Below are positions 1 through 11,313 of a stretch of DNA of 64,000 nucleotides, piece by piece. The notes under the pieces were generated by a model that saw only the letters and a list, made by a program, of their open reading frames with translations, was not told the DNA's origin and made no database searches. The translations under genes and the position numbers were made by a program. Position 1 is the first letter of the stretch; the number at the start of each line of letters is the position of its first letter. Source of the stretch: Selaginella moellendorffii (taxonomy: Eukaryota > Plantae > Lycopodiophyta); contig NW_003314323.1 in the NCBI RefSeq assembly GCF_000143415.4, positions 1,058,499 through 1,122,498 on the forward strand. Direction: 5' to 3'.

Positions 1-249
1 CGATGTGAATTCCAACTGTCCGATGGAGCTGCGCGTTCTGGGACGGAATGGCGACGTGGTGAGAAGCGCCTGTTCGGTATTCCAGACAGATAGATTCTGC
101 TGCCGCGGGCTTAGCTCCGAGCCGTCCACGTGTGCGCCCACGATATATTCCAAGATGTTCAAGGCCCACTAGGCGTCGATCACAGCAGCACATTTACTTG
201 CCATTCCGGGACGAATTACGTGGTGGAATTTTGCCCCGGCAGGAGCTGA
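1..249 (+). pseudogene. 3' end of a thaumatin-like (PR-5) gene with a frameshift/deletion
   Basis: Frame 2 reads DVNSNCPMELRV..RSACSVFQTDRFCCRG..TCAPTIYSKMFKAH* (stop 170-172). Frame 1 from 175 reads VDHSSTFTCHSGTNYVVEFCPGRS*. Both match the thaumatin C-terminus, but the conserved CPxAYSYA segment between them is missing. The 5' part lies outside the window. Confidence 0.8.
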
Positions 250-518
250 TATCCGCCCTTGGATGCCATGTGACGCGATTTTGGTCACTAATCATAAAGA
301 AAACAATGCGTGGTTGTTTTTTATTATCTTGGCAACAAAAGATTGGCCCAACAATCGAAGAGCCACCGAACCAGGAGAGAATTTTGACAAATGCAGCTCC
401 ATGAAAGCCTCTCTCTCGTCCAAAGAAAACAAAATATGACGGAAAGAAAAAGGAAAAAGAAAATATTTTTCTGCAAAGAATCTCCAAGAATCTCTAAGAA
501 AAAAAATCACCTTGATTC

Positions 519-2104
519 TCAAACTGCAACTGGCGGCTCGTTGTATCTCGAGCTTCCTCGATTTCCAGCCTCGACGGCTTCGTTGTAGAGCCCATGCTTG
601 GACGAATCATACTTCTCGCCATCGCCCCACAGGGCGTAAGCCTCCTCGCCGTGCGCGGCGTCGTCCCCGATCATCAGGTGTTCTTCCGGCATCCGGAGAG
701 GAACGATCTTGCTGATCACCCAGCAGATTATGCTGGTCATCACCAAATTCCAGGAGATGATAAACAGCGCCCCTCCGAGCTGCTTCACCACCTGCATGGC
801 TCCCCTAATGTCGTGGTTGTAGAACGCACCGTGAGTTCCCGGGACTGACGAAAACATTCCCGTCACCGTTGGCTGCGCGAAAAGACCCGTGAGAAATCCC
901 CCGAGAGTTCCCGCCACCGCGTGAGTGTGGAAAACCGCCAGAGTGTCGTCAACTTTCTGAAGGAAGGGCGATCGCTTGTGCACGACCATCATCGTGTACC
1001 ATGGAATGCTGCCGGAGAGAATCCCCATGCAAATCGCTGCCCACCCTTGCACGAGACCTTGAAATTCACACAATGTTTGTCAGTATAGATTGGAGATAAG
1101 AAATGCTTGATTTTGTATACTCACCAGCTCCAGGAGTGATGCAAACGAGCCCGGTGATCATCCCTTGGACCGCTCCAATTACGGACGGCTTGCCAAAGAA
1201 GATGGTGTCGAAAGCCGTCCAGACGAGCAGGCTTGCGGCGGCACAGATGTTTGTGTTTAGAACCGCGAGGGATGCATCGATGTTTGCGGCGTAGGGATCT
1301 CCTCCGTTGAATCCAGCCCAGCCCATCCAGAGCAATCCAGCGCCACCCAACATGAGCAGAACATTGTTTGGGGGAAATCTTTCGCGGTCCTTTGTCAGCC
1401 TCGGACCAACCTGCGCGAATAACTTTGAAGTTTAGAATAACTTTGTGATCGATCGAGAGTGATATTACCCAATATGCTGCTGTAAATCCCGCCACCCCTG
1501 ACGAGAGATGGATCACATACCCTCCAGAGTAATCGAGAACTCCCCACTGGAACAAAAACCCGCCGCCCCACAGGCTAAATGCCCCGACCGTGTACGAAAA
1601 CGTGAGCCAGAGCGGCACAAACAGCATCCACGCGTGGATGTTCATCCGCCCGAGCAGCGATCCTGCGATGAGGATCAAGCAAATGGCCGAGAAGACGAAC
1701 TGGAAGAACACCATCGTCGCCATGGGGTAGAACGGCTGCACCATCTGAGTTTCGACCGTTCCATTGTGGAATTTGTACTCGGTGGCGGAGAGATGGGCTT
1801 GGCGGAGGAGGAATTTCTGATCGAGCGCCGGCCCGGCTTTGCCCCAGAAGGGGAGGAGCTGGTGCCCGAAAGACATCTTGTACGCGAAGGAGACCCAGCA
1901 GATCAAGACGGCGGCGAACGCGTACAGGGCCATGAAGGCCGAGTTCACGGCCCATTTCTTCTTGACGATGCTGCCGTAGAGGATCACGAGGCCCGGGACG
2001 CTCTGCATGCCAACGAGCGTGGCGGAGATGAGCTGCCATGCGTTGTCACCTTTCTCGAGCCATTCCGGGGTGACGGCCGTGATTGGGGTCGTCCGGGCCG
2101 CCAT
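519..2104 (-). CDS. AMT2: Ammonium transporter, AMT2/MEP family (exons 2104-1469, 1410-1125, 1057-519)
   Basis: Motifs [57 protein letters not shown] and [15 protein letters not shown]. Two GT-AG introns restore the reading frame. Confidence 0.96.
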
Positions 2105-2526
2105 GGTGATCAATTTGGAGCTCTAGCAAAGCTCGGGATCCTACCAAGCGCTGATCTCTAGCGCTAGAAGCTCGAGGCTAAGCTCGAGATTGATAATGGA
2201 AGTGGGAGGAGAGTGAATTGGGCGATTTCGGTGGTGGTTTATAGTGGCTAGAATGACAATGGCGGAAGGGATTGACGATGTTTTTGGCGATCGCAGCGAT
2301 GGGCGTGGTCCACAGCTGGACATGAAAACATCCGCTAGCTGGCTACTTTGTCGCAGGATATGAAAAAACATTGACCTAAAAGAAATCTCTGTCATTTACC
2401 TTTATGGAACTTTGTGTTATTCAGGAGATTTTCGTTTATCATTTCGTTAAGGTGGCAGATCTTTGTTTTTGGACAGAGTACCAAAATACTTCCAGGAAAA
2501 AAAGAGGATTCGAACAATTTAAGTGT

Positions 2527-2534
2527 TAGGGTTT
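2527..2534 (-). promoter_or_regulatory. Telo-box (AAACCCTA) in the ~445-bp divergent AMT2/PUS7 intergenic region
   Basis: TAGGGTTT lies ~20 bp upstream of the PUS7 ATG. Telo-boxes are typical of plant translation and RNA-modification genes. Confidence 0.5.
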
Positions 2535-2549
2535 TAGTTAGGTCGCGCG

Positions 2550-5489
2550 ATGGAGGAGAAGGATGTTGGGATTTTGTGCTTCGCGAATTCCTTCCCCGGT
2601 TTTAGAGCTGTTCTCAAGCAAAGGTATGCCGCGCTCTCTCCAGCCATGGTTGCATTCTTTCTTTCAGGTACTCCGACTTCATCGTTAACGAGGTGGATCT
2701 CGATGGCAATGTGGTGCGATTGACGAGCTTAACAGCGCCACCAGAGGTTCTTTGATGTTTCCATTCTTGATCATGGCTGCTTAGCTTTTTTTTTCTCTTT
2801 CGTCTTTCAGGATGAAACCCGGAGTGATGCCGCTGCCGCGGAGTTTTCCGTGGCTTCATACGAAGCACAGCTCGATGCTTTCAAGGAACTCGCCGGCGAG
2901 GAGAATGCCCGTATTGTCAAGCAGCTCCTTGACAAGATTTCTCCGGAAAAGTCCGATGATGGCAACTCACTGGTGGAAACTCTCACGCCAAACGAGGATA
3001 AAGGCAGCCGCACGGTATCTTTGCTGCTTGTCTTTCTTCTTGTCTATGAAAGTAAGGTCTTCGTGTTGCAGAAAGTTCACGCGTTCTTTCGGGAGAGAAT
3101 GCCGATGCTTATAACTGATACTGTGGCGGACAATCGCATTCGCGTGAGATACGGTGGCGGCTCAGCTTCTGACGATCGATCTGGGAAAAGGAATCGAAGC
3201 TGGAAAGGAAAGCGAGGCCATGACTCGAAGCGACAGAGACAAGACGGTGACAAGTTTGATCGTCGCGCAGGAAACTACTGGCCAGCTGATAGACACAAGT
3301 TTTGCCAGTAAGTTTTTGTCTTCCCTGGTTCTTTTTCTCAAGCTTCGGTTTCTTTTCCTTGTAAGGTTTTACCTATACAAAGAGAACAAGACTACGCAGT
3401 CGGCTTTGATGATTGTAGCTCAGAAGATTGGCGTAAAGGTAACCCGAGCGTAACTGTTAGTTTTTCTAAAGTTTCTTACCAGGCAAAGAACATGGGTTTT
3501 GCGGGGACGAAAGATAAGCGTGCAGTAACAACGCAGCGGGTAAGAACTTCTTTTTAGTCGCCATTAGAGTTTGGAGAAAAACAAAATGCAATATTTTTTT
3601 CCAGGTCACTGTTTACAAGCATTCAGCAACACAACTCGCAGCACTTAACAAAGCCTTGTTTGGTATCAAGCTAGGAAACTTTAGGTACTGTTTTTTCTCT
3701 CTAACATTCTTTCCAATTTCCTCTTTAAATTTTCTTAGCTACGTTGAGAAGGGCTTAGTTCTTGGAGAGCTTTCTGGAAATCGCTTCAACGTGATTTTGC
3801 GGTGATTTCTAACCGATGGAAAGCATTCTCTAATGGACTGCGTGCAGTGATGTCGTTGCAGAGTCCGAGCATGCGATCAAGGAAGCAGCTGAGGGCATGG
3901 GGAACTCTGGTTTTATCAACTACTATGGCTTGCAGGTATGTGATGACTTTGATCTAAGGTACGTACTACCTTTACATTTTTGCAGCGTTTTGGAAGCTGT
4001 GGTGTGCCGACGCATGCTATAGGCGCCAAGCTGCTCCAAGGTGACTGGAAAACCGCAGTGGATCTGATACTCCAAGAGAGAGAAGGAGATATCCTTTTTT
4101 TTCTTCTATTTTTTAAATGCTTTAACGGGTGCCTTAACGCGGTTTACACAGCAGCAAGCAGCTGAGGAATCTCGTAAGATCTTCAAGACTGCTGGTCCTG
4201 CCGAGGCCTTAAAGCTCATGCCGCACCATATGATTGCCGAAAGAGCCATTGTAAGATGTCAAGATTATGACGGGCCTGATCCATGTTTCGTTCTTTGTTG
4301 GCGCAGCTTCTTGGCTTGAAAAAGGATCCTGCAAACTACCTACAGGCCATCCAAAACATTCCCAGGCCAATGCGGATGATGTAAGTTTGCAAGAGCTTTC
4401 TATTTTCTTTCTTAAGCTTGTTCTACAGGTACGTCCACAGCTACCAAAGCTATTTGTGGAACAGCGCTGCAAGCACGAGGATACAAAAATATGGTAATCC
4501 ACTTTTGTCATTCTCAAACGGTGTCAAAGACGTAGCTTTTACAGGGGTGGATGCTGTTGTGGAAGGTGATCTCGTCTACTGTCAAGAGGATGAGATTTCT
4601 AAAGAAGCCGGGAAAGATGATGTGGATCTTGAGGATCTCGTAGACACGGACGTCCTAGAGGATGACGCTTGCATGGAACTCGCTCGCCCATCTCGGAAGA
4701 AAGTAAAGGTAACCAGATTGCTGGAAAATCTTACCGCTTTAACACCATTCTAGCATGTCACAGCGGAAGATATCGCCTCGAAGAAGTATGCGATAACCGA
4801 CGTGGTCTTGCCTTTAGTCGGGTGAGTGAGCAGGCTTGTGAGTTTCTTTTTTGCTTCCGGATACTGATTTCTTTTGGCAGTTCCACCACTGTTTATCCAT
4901 CAAACGATGTGGCCGATGTCTACAATAAAATCACGAAAATGGTTAGCTCGTTTCCAACGTTTTCATGTACAAACTAACGCTTTCATCTTACAGGAATCAA
5001 TAGATTTGAAGTCTTGTACACACAACGTGAAGTATGTGTTTCGATCCAACATTTGTTTACTTCCTTTTTGATAATTTTTGTAGAGAGTTCTCGGTGGAGT
5101 ATTTGACAGGAGCATATCGAAACTTACTCGTGAAGCCTATCGACTTCGAGTGGTAATTTGTCCGATTGCTTCAATGTCCCAAAACTCACATCTTTCGGTT
5201 CCAGGAGATTATCCTCGTACAGCGACGCCCGGAATCCTCTGACGAAAACGGACATGGATTTGCTCCAAGATCCTAGCACTAGCCTTCCAGAAGAAGATGC
5301 AAACTCCACTCAAGGCCCCAGCCTTCTGGCATTGCAGCTGCAATTCACTCTCCCAACGTCGGCCTATGCTACAATGGCGATAAGAGAGGTCATGAAAATG
5401 TCCACGTCGGTAAGTTTGCCATGCTCCTAGAAAATTTTCGTGAGCTTTGCGATTCACAGGTCTCCGTGCATAAGCTGCTATCACAGTAG
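2550..5489 (+). CDS. PUS7: Multisubstrate pseudouridine synthase 7 (TruD family), many short introns
   Basis: Exons encode FRAVLKQR/YSDFIVNEVD, GFAGTKDKRAVTTQR (catalytic Asp), GELSGNRFNVILR, GFINYYGLQ/RFG, YVHSYQSYLWN and FTLPTSAYATMAIREVMK. The last exon reads VSVHKLLSQ*. Confidence 0.93.
4089..4149 (+). other. U12-type (minor spliceosome) AT-AC intron in PUS7
   Basis: 5' splice site ATATCCTTT at 4089, branch site CCTTAAC at 4132-4138, 3' end TACAC at 4149. Removal gives in-frame ...QEREG-E-QQAAEESRK... Confidence 0.9.
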
Positions 5490-5535
5490 CAAGAGCTTCC
5501 CAACAAAGATGGTGATTGACAAGAATTCTCTGTTT

Positions 5536-5556
5536 TGCTGCTGCTGCTGCTGCTGC
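5536..5556 (+). repeat. (TGC)7 microsatellite downstream of the PUS7 stop
   Basis: Read directly from the sequence. Confidence 0.9.
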
Positions 5557-5724
5557 ATCTGGATGTGTTGTTGTTTCCTTCCGCTTGGATTGGAGTCCGT
5601 TGCTTCGTTGCCGTTGCAAACACAACAAATAGGATTATTCGCCGGGATATTCTTTTAGGGTTCTTGAGATGATTATTCCTCGGATATGCTTACTTGAAAA
5701 AACCGTTAGGGCTCTTGGAATTTT

Positions 5725-7881
5725 ATGCTCGAGGCCTTGTCGAGAATTTGCTGCTCCTGCCGCCGCGCTCAAGATCTCTGCCCGCAGCTCCAGGCGGCGA
5801 TCGACTGCCTTCTCCAGTGTGGGAATTCGAGGGATTTCCGGCGCGCCAGAGAGATCCAGGCATGGGTTGGGGTGAGCGAGCTTCACAGGCACAACAGGTT
5901 CCTCGCCAATGCGCTGGTCCAGATGTATGGCCGCTATGGGCGGATCGAGGATGCGAGGGCGGTGTTCCAGGGGATCGCGAGGCCATCGATCAGTTCCTGG
6001 AATGCTTTGCTCCAGGCCTACAATCGCAGCGGCCAGGTGGAGCGCTCCAAGGAGTGCTTCGATCGGATGAGCGCCAGGAACGTGGTGTCTTGGACGATTC
6101 TGGCGTCGGGATTTGTGCAGCATGGGCATGGCCACGAGGGGCGCTTGGTCTTCCACAAGATGCCCGAGAGGAGCATAGTCTCTTGGAATCTAATGATCGG
6201 TGCCAGCGTTCAGGACGGAGATTTGGGCGAGGCCGAGCGATTGTTCTTCACAGCACCAGATCGCGGCGTTGTCTCGTGTACGACGATGATCACGGGATAT
6301 GCCCAAGTGGGTGATCTCGCCTCCGCGAGGAAAATGTTTGAAGAGATGAGCGAGAAGAACGTTGTTTCGTGGACAGCGATGTTACAGGCCTACTCGGAAA
6401 ACGCGCTTGTCATCTTCGCGAAGATGGTGTTTGATAAAATGCCCGGGGGGAATCTAGTGAGCTTCTCGGCAATGGTGGCAGCGTATGCCCAGAATGGGCA
6501 TCTGGAAGAGGCAAAGGTGATGTTTGATCATGGCTTTAATCGAAACTTGGTTCTCTGGAATATAATGTTCCATGGATACACCGCAAAACAGAAGTTCCGA
6601 GAGGCAAAAGAGATATTTGTCAAAATGCCCGAGAGAGATGTGGTGGCATGGACTTCTATGCTTGCAGCAAATGCCCAAGAAGGGCATATTGACGAGGCCA
6701 AGGCTGTGTTTGCAGCCATGCCCGAGAGAAATGCCGTGTCATGGACCACCTTAATCTTCTACTGCGACTCCATCGCGGACGCGGAGCACTGCTTCTTCGA
6801 TCGATGCCCGAAATGGTCGCTCGTCTCCACCAACGTGATGCTCCAAGCGTATGCCCAGGCTGGGGATCCCCAGAGAGTTTGGAGCTTGTTCTCCTCCATG
6901 CCGGATCGAGACACCGTCGCCTGGAATCTCTTGCTCCAGTCGAGCGGTGCCAGCGTCGAGGATTCCACCTGGGTCTTCGAGAGGATCCCTCGCAGGGACG
7001 CGGTATCCTGGTTTGAGATGATCCAATCAATCGTGCAGAGCGGAGCTATGGAGTCGGCCAAGATCTGGCTGGAGAGGATGCCCCGCCACAGCGCCATGGC
7101 GTGGACGTGCCTCCTCTCGGGGAATTCGCAGCTGGGCAGGATCGAGGAGGCGCGCGCGATGTTTGATTCCATCCCCTGCCGCGATCTCGTCGCCTGGACC
7201 GCCATGATCGTGGGCTATGCACAGAGCCAGCGGATCCACGACGTGAAAAAGCTCTTCGATCGGATGCCCCAGTGGGACGCCATCGCGTGCTCGATGCTGC
7301 TCGCCTCGTACGCGCTCAATGGATTCCTCGCCGAGGCCATGGATCTCTTCCCGTGGATGCTGAGCCATCGCTCTTCCACGCACGCCTGGAACACGATGGT
7401 CGAATCCTTCGCTCTCGCGGGGCCGGTGGAGCGGCGCAAGCTCGCGCTCGATCTCTTCCACGCGATGCTCCTGGAAGGGGTCAAGCCCGATGGATCCACG
7501 CTCGCTAGCGTCATGCTCGCCTGCAACCACATTGGTCTCGTGGAATCGGCCAGGGGATTCTTCCTCTCGATCGCGGGGGATTTCGGCCTCGATCCGGGCA
7601 AAGAACACTACAGCTGCCTTGTCGATTCGCTCAGCCGCGCCGGGCAGCTCCGCGACGCGCAAGATCTCATGGATTCCATGCCCTTTCTTCCATCGCGGCT
7701 GGATTGGAGGACGCTGCTGGGCGCTTGCAAGAGCCAGCCAGATCTGGCCATGGGGGCTCGAGCGGCGGAGAATGTGGTGTCACTGGAACCCCGGAGTGGA
7801 GCGCCATACGTGATCTTGTCGAGCGTCATCGCCGTGGAATCCATAGCTCACCTTGAGACAATAGGATATATTCCAGAATAA
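5725..7881 (+). CDS. PLS-class pentatricopeptide repeat protein with E-type C-terminus and no DYW domain (718 aa, intronless)
   Basis: Tandem ~31-aa motifs (VVSWTAML.AYAQ.G.L.EA..MF..MP) and C-terminal EHYSCLVDSLSRAGQL..A..L..SMP....W.TLLGAC...YVILS. Probable organellar RNA-editing factor. Confidence 0.93.
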   Translation: MLEALSRICCSCRRAQDLCPQLQAAIDCLLQCGNSRDFRRAREIQAWVGVSELHRHNRFLANALVQMYGRYGRIEDARAVFQGIARPSISSWNALLQAYNRSGQVERSKECFDRMSARNVVSWTILASGFVQHGHGHEGRLVFHKMPERSIVSWNLMIGASVQDGDLGEAERLFFTAPDRGVVSCTTMITGYAQVGDLASARKMFEEMSEKNVVSWTAMLQAYSENALVIFAKMVFDKMPGGNLVSFSAMVAAYAQNGHLEEAKVMFDHGFNRNLVLWNIMFHGYTAKQKFREAKEIFVKMPERDVVAWTSMLAANAQEGHIDEAKAVFAAMPERNAVSWTTLIFYCDSIADAEHCFFDRCPKWSLVSTNVMLQAYAQAGDPQRVWSLFSSMPDRDTVAWNLLLQSSGASVEDSTWVFERIPRRDAVSWFEMIQSIVQSGAMESAKIWLERMPRHSAMAWTCLLSGNSQLGRIEEARAMFDSIPCRDLVAWTAMIVGYAQSQRIHDVKKLFDRMPQWDAIACSMLLASYALNGFLAEAMDLFPWMLSHRSSTHAWNTMVESFALAGPVERRKLALDLFHAMLLEGVKPDGSTLASVMLACNHIGLVESARGFFLSIAGDFGLDPGKEHYSCLVDSLSRAGQLRDAQDLMDSMPFLPSRLDWRTLLGACKSQPDLAMGARAAENVVSLEPRSGAPYVILSSVIAVESIAHLETIGYIPE

Positions 7882-8032
7882 AATCACGACAATGGCTAAC
7901 ACCTTGAGACAATAGGATAAGTTCATTGTGTGATCTCCATAATAGGATTCACATTGAGTGACAATAGTTACCGTTCACCATGAGACAATAGGATTCACAT
8001 ACTGTTTACCATGAGACAATAGGATTCACATT
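7849..8032. repeat. Spaced direct repeats of (C)ACCWTGAGACAATAGGAT(TCACAT) between the convergent PPR and aminopeptidase P stops
   Basis: Copies at ~7849, 7900, 7976 and 8007, plus a partial copy at 7941, separated by unequal spacers. Confidence 0.85.
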
Positions 8033-8041
8033 GCTTACCTT

Positions 8042-10882
8042 TCACGCTCTTTTGATAGGAAGAGTATTTCGCTTTAGCCACTCGCGAGCGCTCTCATTCA
8101 CAAGCGGAGACACCTGATGAATGAAAGAGTGGTTTCACTGGTAATTTCTTATGGAAGCTTACCTTGTCCCAGACTGCAGCGTGATACTTGTTCACCCAAG
8201 AGATATCCTCGTCGGACAAGAGATGAAGGGCTATGAGTTTTGTCTGGAAGAAGAACAAATGAGTGAGGGATTGGATGAATGTGAGTCGCATTACCTGGAT
8301 TGGAACGAATGACAGGCATTCAAATCCCAGATAGGAAACTCCCCCAAAGCGGTTTGGTGTCTCCACCTCGCAAACATGAAGTAAATTCTGCACAAAGAAT
8401 GAAAAAAGAGAGTGTTAAGAGAAACTTTTCTGTCTCACCTCTATTCGAATTCCAAACTTGTGATCTTCGTAGTAACCAGGCTCGTTGCTGATTATCATTC
8501 CCGGTTGCAAGGCAGTCATGTTTCCGAACCGAAAACTGATGCTTTGAGGACCTTCATGGACATTGAGAGCAGCGCCAACTCCATGGCCAGTTCCTATATT
8601 TCCACTGCATAGTCAAGAGAGTACTTAATTCACTGCAGGTGAGAACAAAATACCGTGACGATAGTCAAGTCCAATTCTCCACAAGGACGAACGAGCCAGA
8701 ACGTCGAGTACGAAGCCTGGAGTATTCTCTGGGAAAACTGCTTGATCAATCGATATGTGCCCCTAAAATACAAACAAGTCAGCTAAAAAGACAAGACATG
8801 ATCCGGAGCGTACCTGTAAAACTCGCGTAAAACACTCTTTCTGGTAATCAGTAGGCACCCCAAAATGAACAGTCCTGGTTATATCTGTTGTTCCATCTGT
8901 ATATTGCGCGCCACTGTCAAGCAAGAGCATGTGTTCATCATCCACTAAAGCACACGTATCACTTTCCGCCCTATAGTGAACAATGGCTCCGTTTGCACCC
9001 GATCCTGTAAGGACTGGTAAGAGCCGACAATTCTGCAATGGTAAAAAATACGAACCGCAAATCGTGTCAAAGCTAGTTTCTAGAAATCCTTCTTGTTTGG
9101 AACGAAAGCGGAGAAGTTCATCGCCAACTTCCACCTCCGTAAGCTTGGCTTTCTCAGTAACGATTTGTACTTCGAGCCAAGCCCAAAACTCAACCAGTGC
9201 TGCAGCATCTCTGCTCGGAAAGAGACCCGGTTACAATTGCGAAGAAAACCACGGAACTTTTACCTCAAGTGTGCTTGTTTCATCCCTGACATCTCAGCAG
9301 CATTTTTTATGGCCTTCGGCACAGATAGCGGCGATGGTCTGTGTAATGCAGCCGGTCCATCTGATGTTCCATTTTTCCCGTCGACATCCGCTTTGGCATA
9401 AAAGCCCGTACATCCATCCGAAAATGCATTCACAATGGCCATGTTGGTTTTGGTTGGATCTAGCCACAATTTTGAGCCCGACTCAGCTAATCTAAAAAAC
9501 ATTGCGTTAGCAACTCCCTAACATCAAATGATAGCACACCTTTGAATAGTTGATAGGAGCGCGGAGTACTCTTTGACGGTCACAGAAGAGTTTTCCAGAT
9601 GCATCTCAACGTCTGGCGTCACCTTTGACAAATCAGTGAAAAGAGTTGCCTTATCCATCTCAACAAGCGCGTAAGCATAAGCCACTGGAGAATGAGGGAC
9701 ATCGCCACCACGCTGAAACATAAAAATTGAGAAGAGAAAAGTATAGACATTCACTTACAAGATTAAACAGCCATGCAACTTCATCGAGCATGGTTATCAC
9801 GATGCCAGTAGCACCAGCTGCGGAAAGTTTCTTTCTCGCATCCGAGAGCTTCGCTGCGACATCAACGCCAGCGTAAATCAAATCGTGCACCCTCAGAGGA
9901 GACTTGGGCGGACAAGGTCTCCCATCGAGCCAAATCTTATCAATCAAGTTGCGATCGACAAAAGTGAGTTGAATCTCTTTGGCTGACAAGGTTCGCCTGA
10001 GCTCCTCCGCACCTTCGTGGGTGACAAGAAACTGTCAAGACAATAATTACATGAGAACGGAGGTTTAGAAAAGCAAAAGACAAACTGTAGCTCAAAAAAA
10101 TATCGTCTCGACACCTTACTGGATCAATGCCTACAGCCGAACCAGCAGAGAGATTGTCCCTGAGCCACTCACTGTATGAAGGCACGCCAACAGAGCCACC
10201 TCTCATGAGCGTCCATTCAGGTCCAAGTTGGTTCTCAGCCTACACAGAAGCAGAAAAAACAATGAGAAATCTGTGCAGGAAGAAAGCAAAAGAATGAAGT
10301 TGAATCATTTACCTGAAGATAGTATCGACCATCCGTCCAAAGCGCAGCCTTCTCCAAGGTGATCACAGCAGTTCCTGCGCTTCCCGTGAATCCTGAAACG
10401 TAAGCTCGTCGCGTGAAGCACTCGGCTATAAATTCACTCTGCATACGCAGCAGTGAGCTACTTACAAAAATGACAAGAAAAAAAAATCCTAGAGTCGTTT
10501 TTTTCATTCTCAAGGAAGACGCAAGTACCTGGTGAGCGTCCTCCGATGGCACGATGTAAGCTTGGACACCCGATTCGCTCATCAATTTCCTCAAATCCGC
10601 CAGCTTCTTATCAGGAACAAATTCCTTGTCCTTCACATTCTTCCTCGCATTCCTGACGGACGAAGGCTCTGCCGTGATCCCGGGACCCGGATTCTTGGAT
10701 CCCGAACACAATGCTGTGAGATTTCCTCTTGGAGACGGCATTGCCATGGAAATCGAAGAGGACCGTCTGATTCCGGCGCCAATGCCCCTGCGCGCGGCAG
10801 CAGCTGAGAGAACCGAATGGCGACCCGGGCTATTGGAAATCCAAATACACCTCAGCAATCGCGCGCTCCCGAGCGGCACCAT
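8042..10882 (-). CDS. APP2: Xaa-Pro aminopeptidase (aminopeptidase P, M24B) with a probable organellar transit peptide; multi-exon
   Basis: [77 protein letters not shown] and SNEPGYYED. The last exon reads [23 protein letters not shown]. There is an R/S/A-rich N-terminal extension. Confidence 0.92.
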
Positions 10883-11128
10883 CGCGAGAGGGCGAGGAGC
10901 CCTAGAGCTTGAACAAAAATTTCTTCAGCTCCATTTTTTAACCAGCTCTTAGGGTAATGGGCTCAATTTCCGCCAGGGTTAATAAAATAATGTACGAATT
11001 CATTTATTTAAATATAATTTTTGTACGTAAAGGTATAATTTATATGATTTACTGCTTATAAACTAATTTTTAGAAAAAACTACTCACAAAATCTTTAAAT
11101 ACTAAAAGTCTAAACTTATCCTAAGTCT

Positions 11129-11204
11129 GTCCATTTATGGCCCAATATCCGTCCATTTATGGCCTAATTTTTTGTCCATCGATGGCCCTAACATCGTCCA
11201 TTTG
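11129..11204 (+). repeat. Subterminal direct repeats GTCCATTTATGGCC (about 3-4 copies) of the pogo-like element
   Basis: Copies at ~11129, 11151 and 11174, plus a partial at 11196. Confidence 0.7.
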
Positions 11205-11313
11205 TTGCTGCGAGGAGGAGCGAGGGCAGTGTGGGACAATGACATTCTCCAGGTAACTACAAGCAAGCTTAGAGATATTAGAGTGAAAACAAGTAAATTC
11301 GTTACCTTTGTTT

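Noticed and set aside
1508-7844. Antisense and alternative-frame ORFs over AMT2 and the PPR gene
   Set aside because: They are shadow ORFs of GC-rich coding sequence with no domain signal.
7849-8032. CRISPR-like repeat-spacer appearance
   Set aside because: The context is eukaryotic, there are no cas genes, and the spacer lengths are irregular and partly derived from the repeat.
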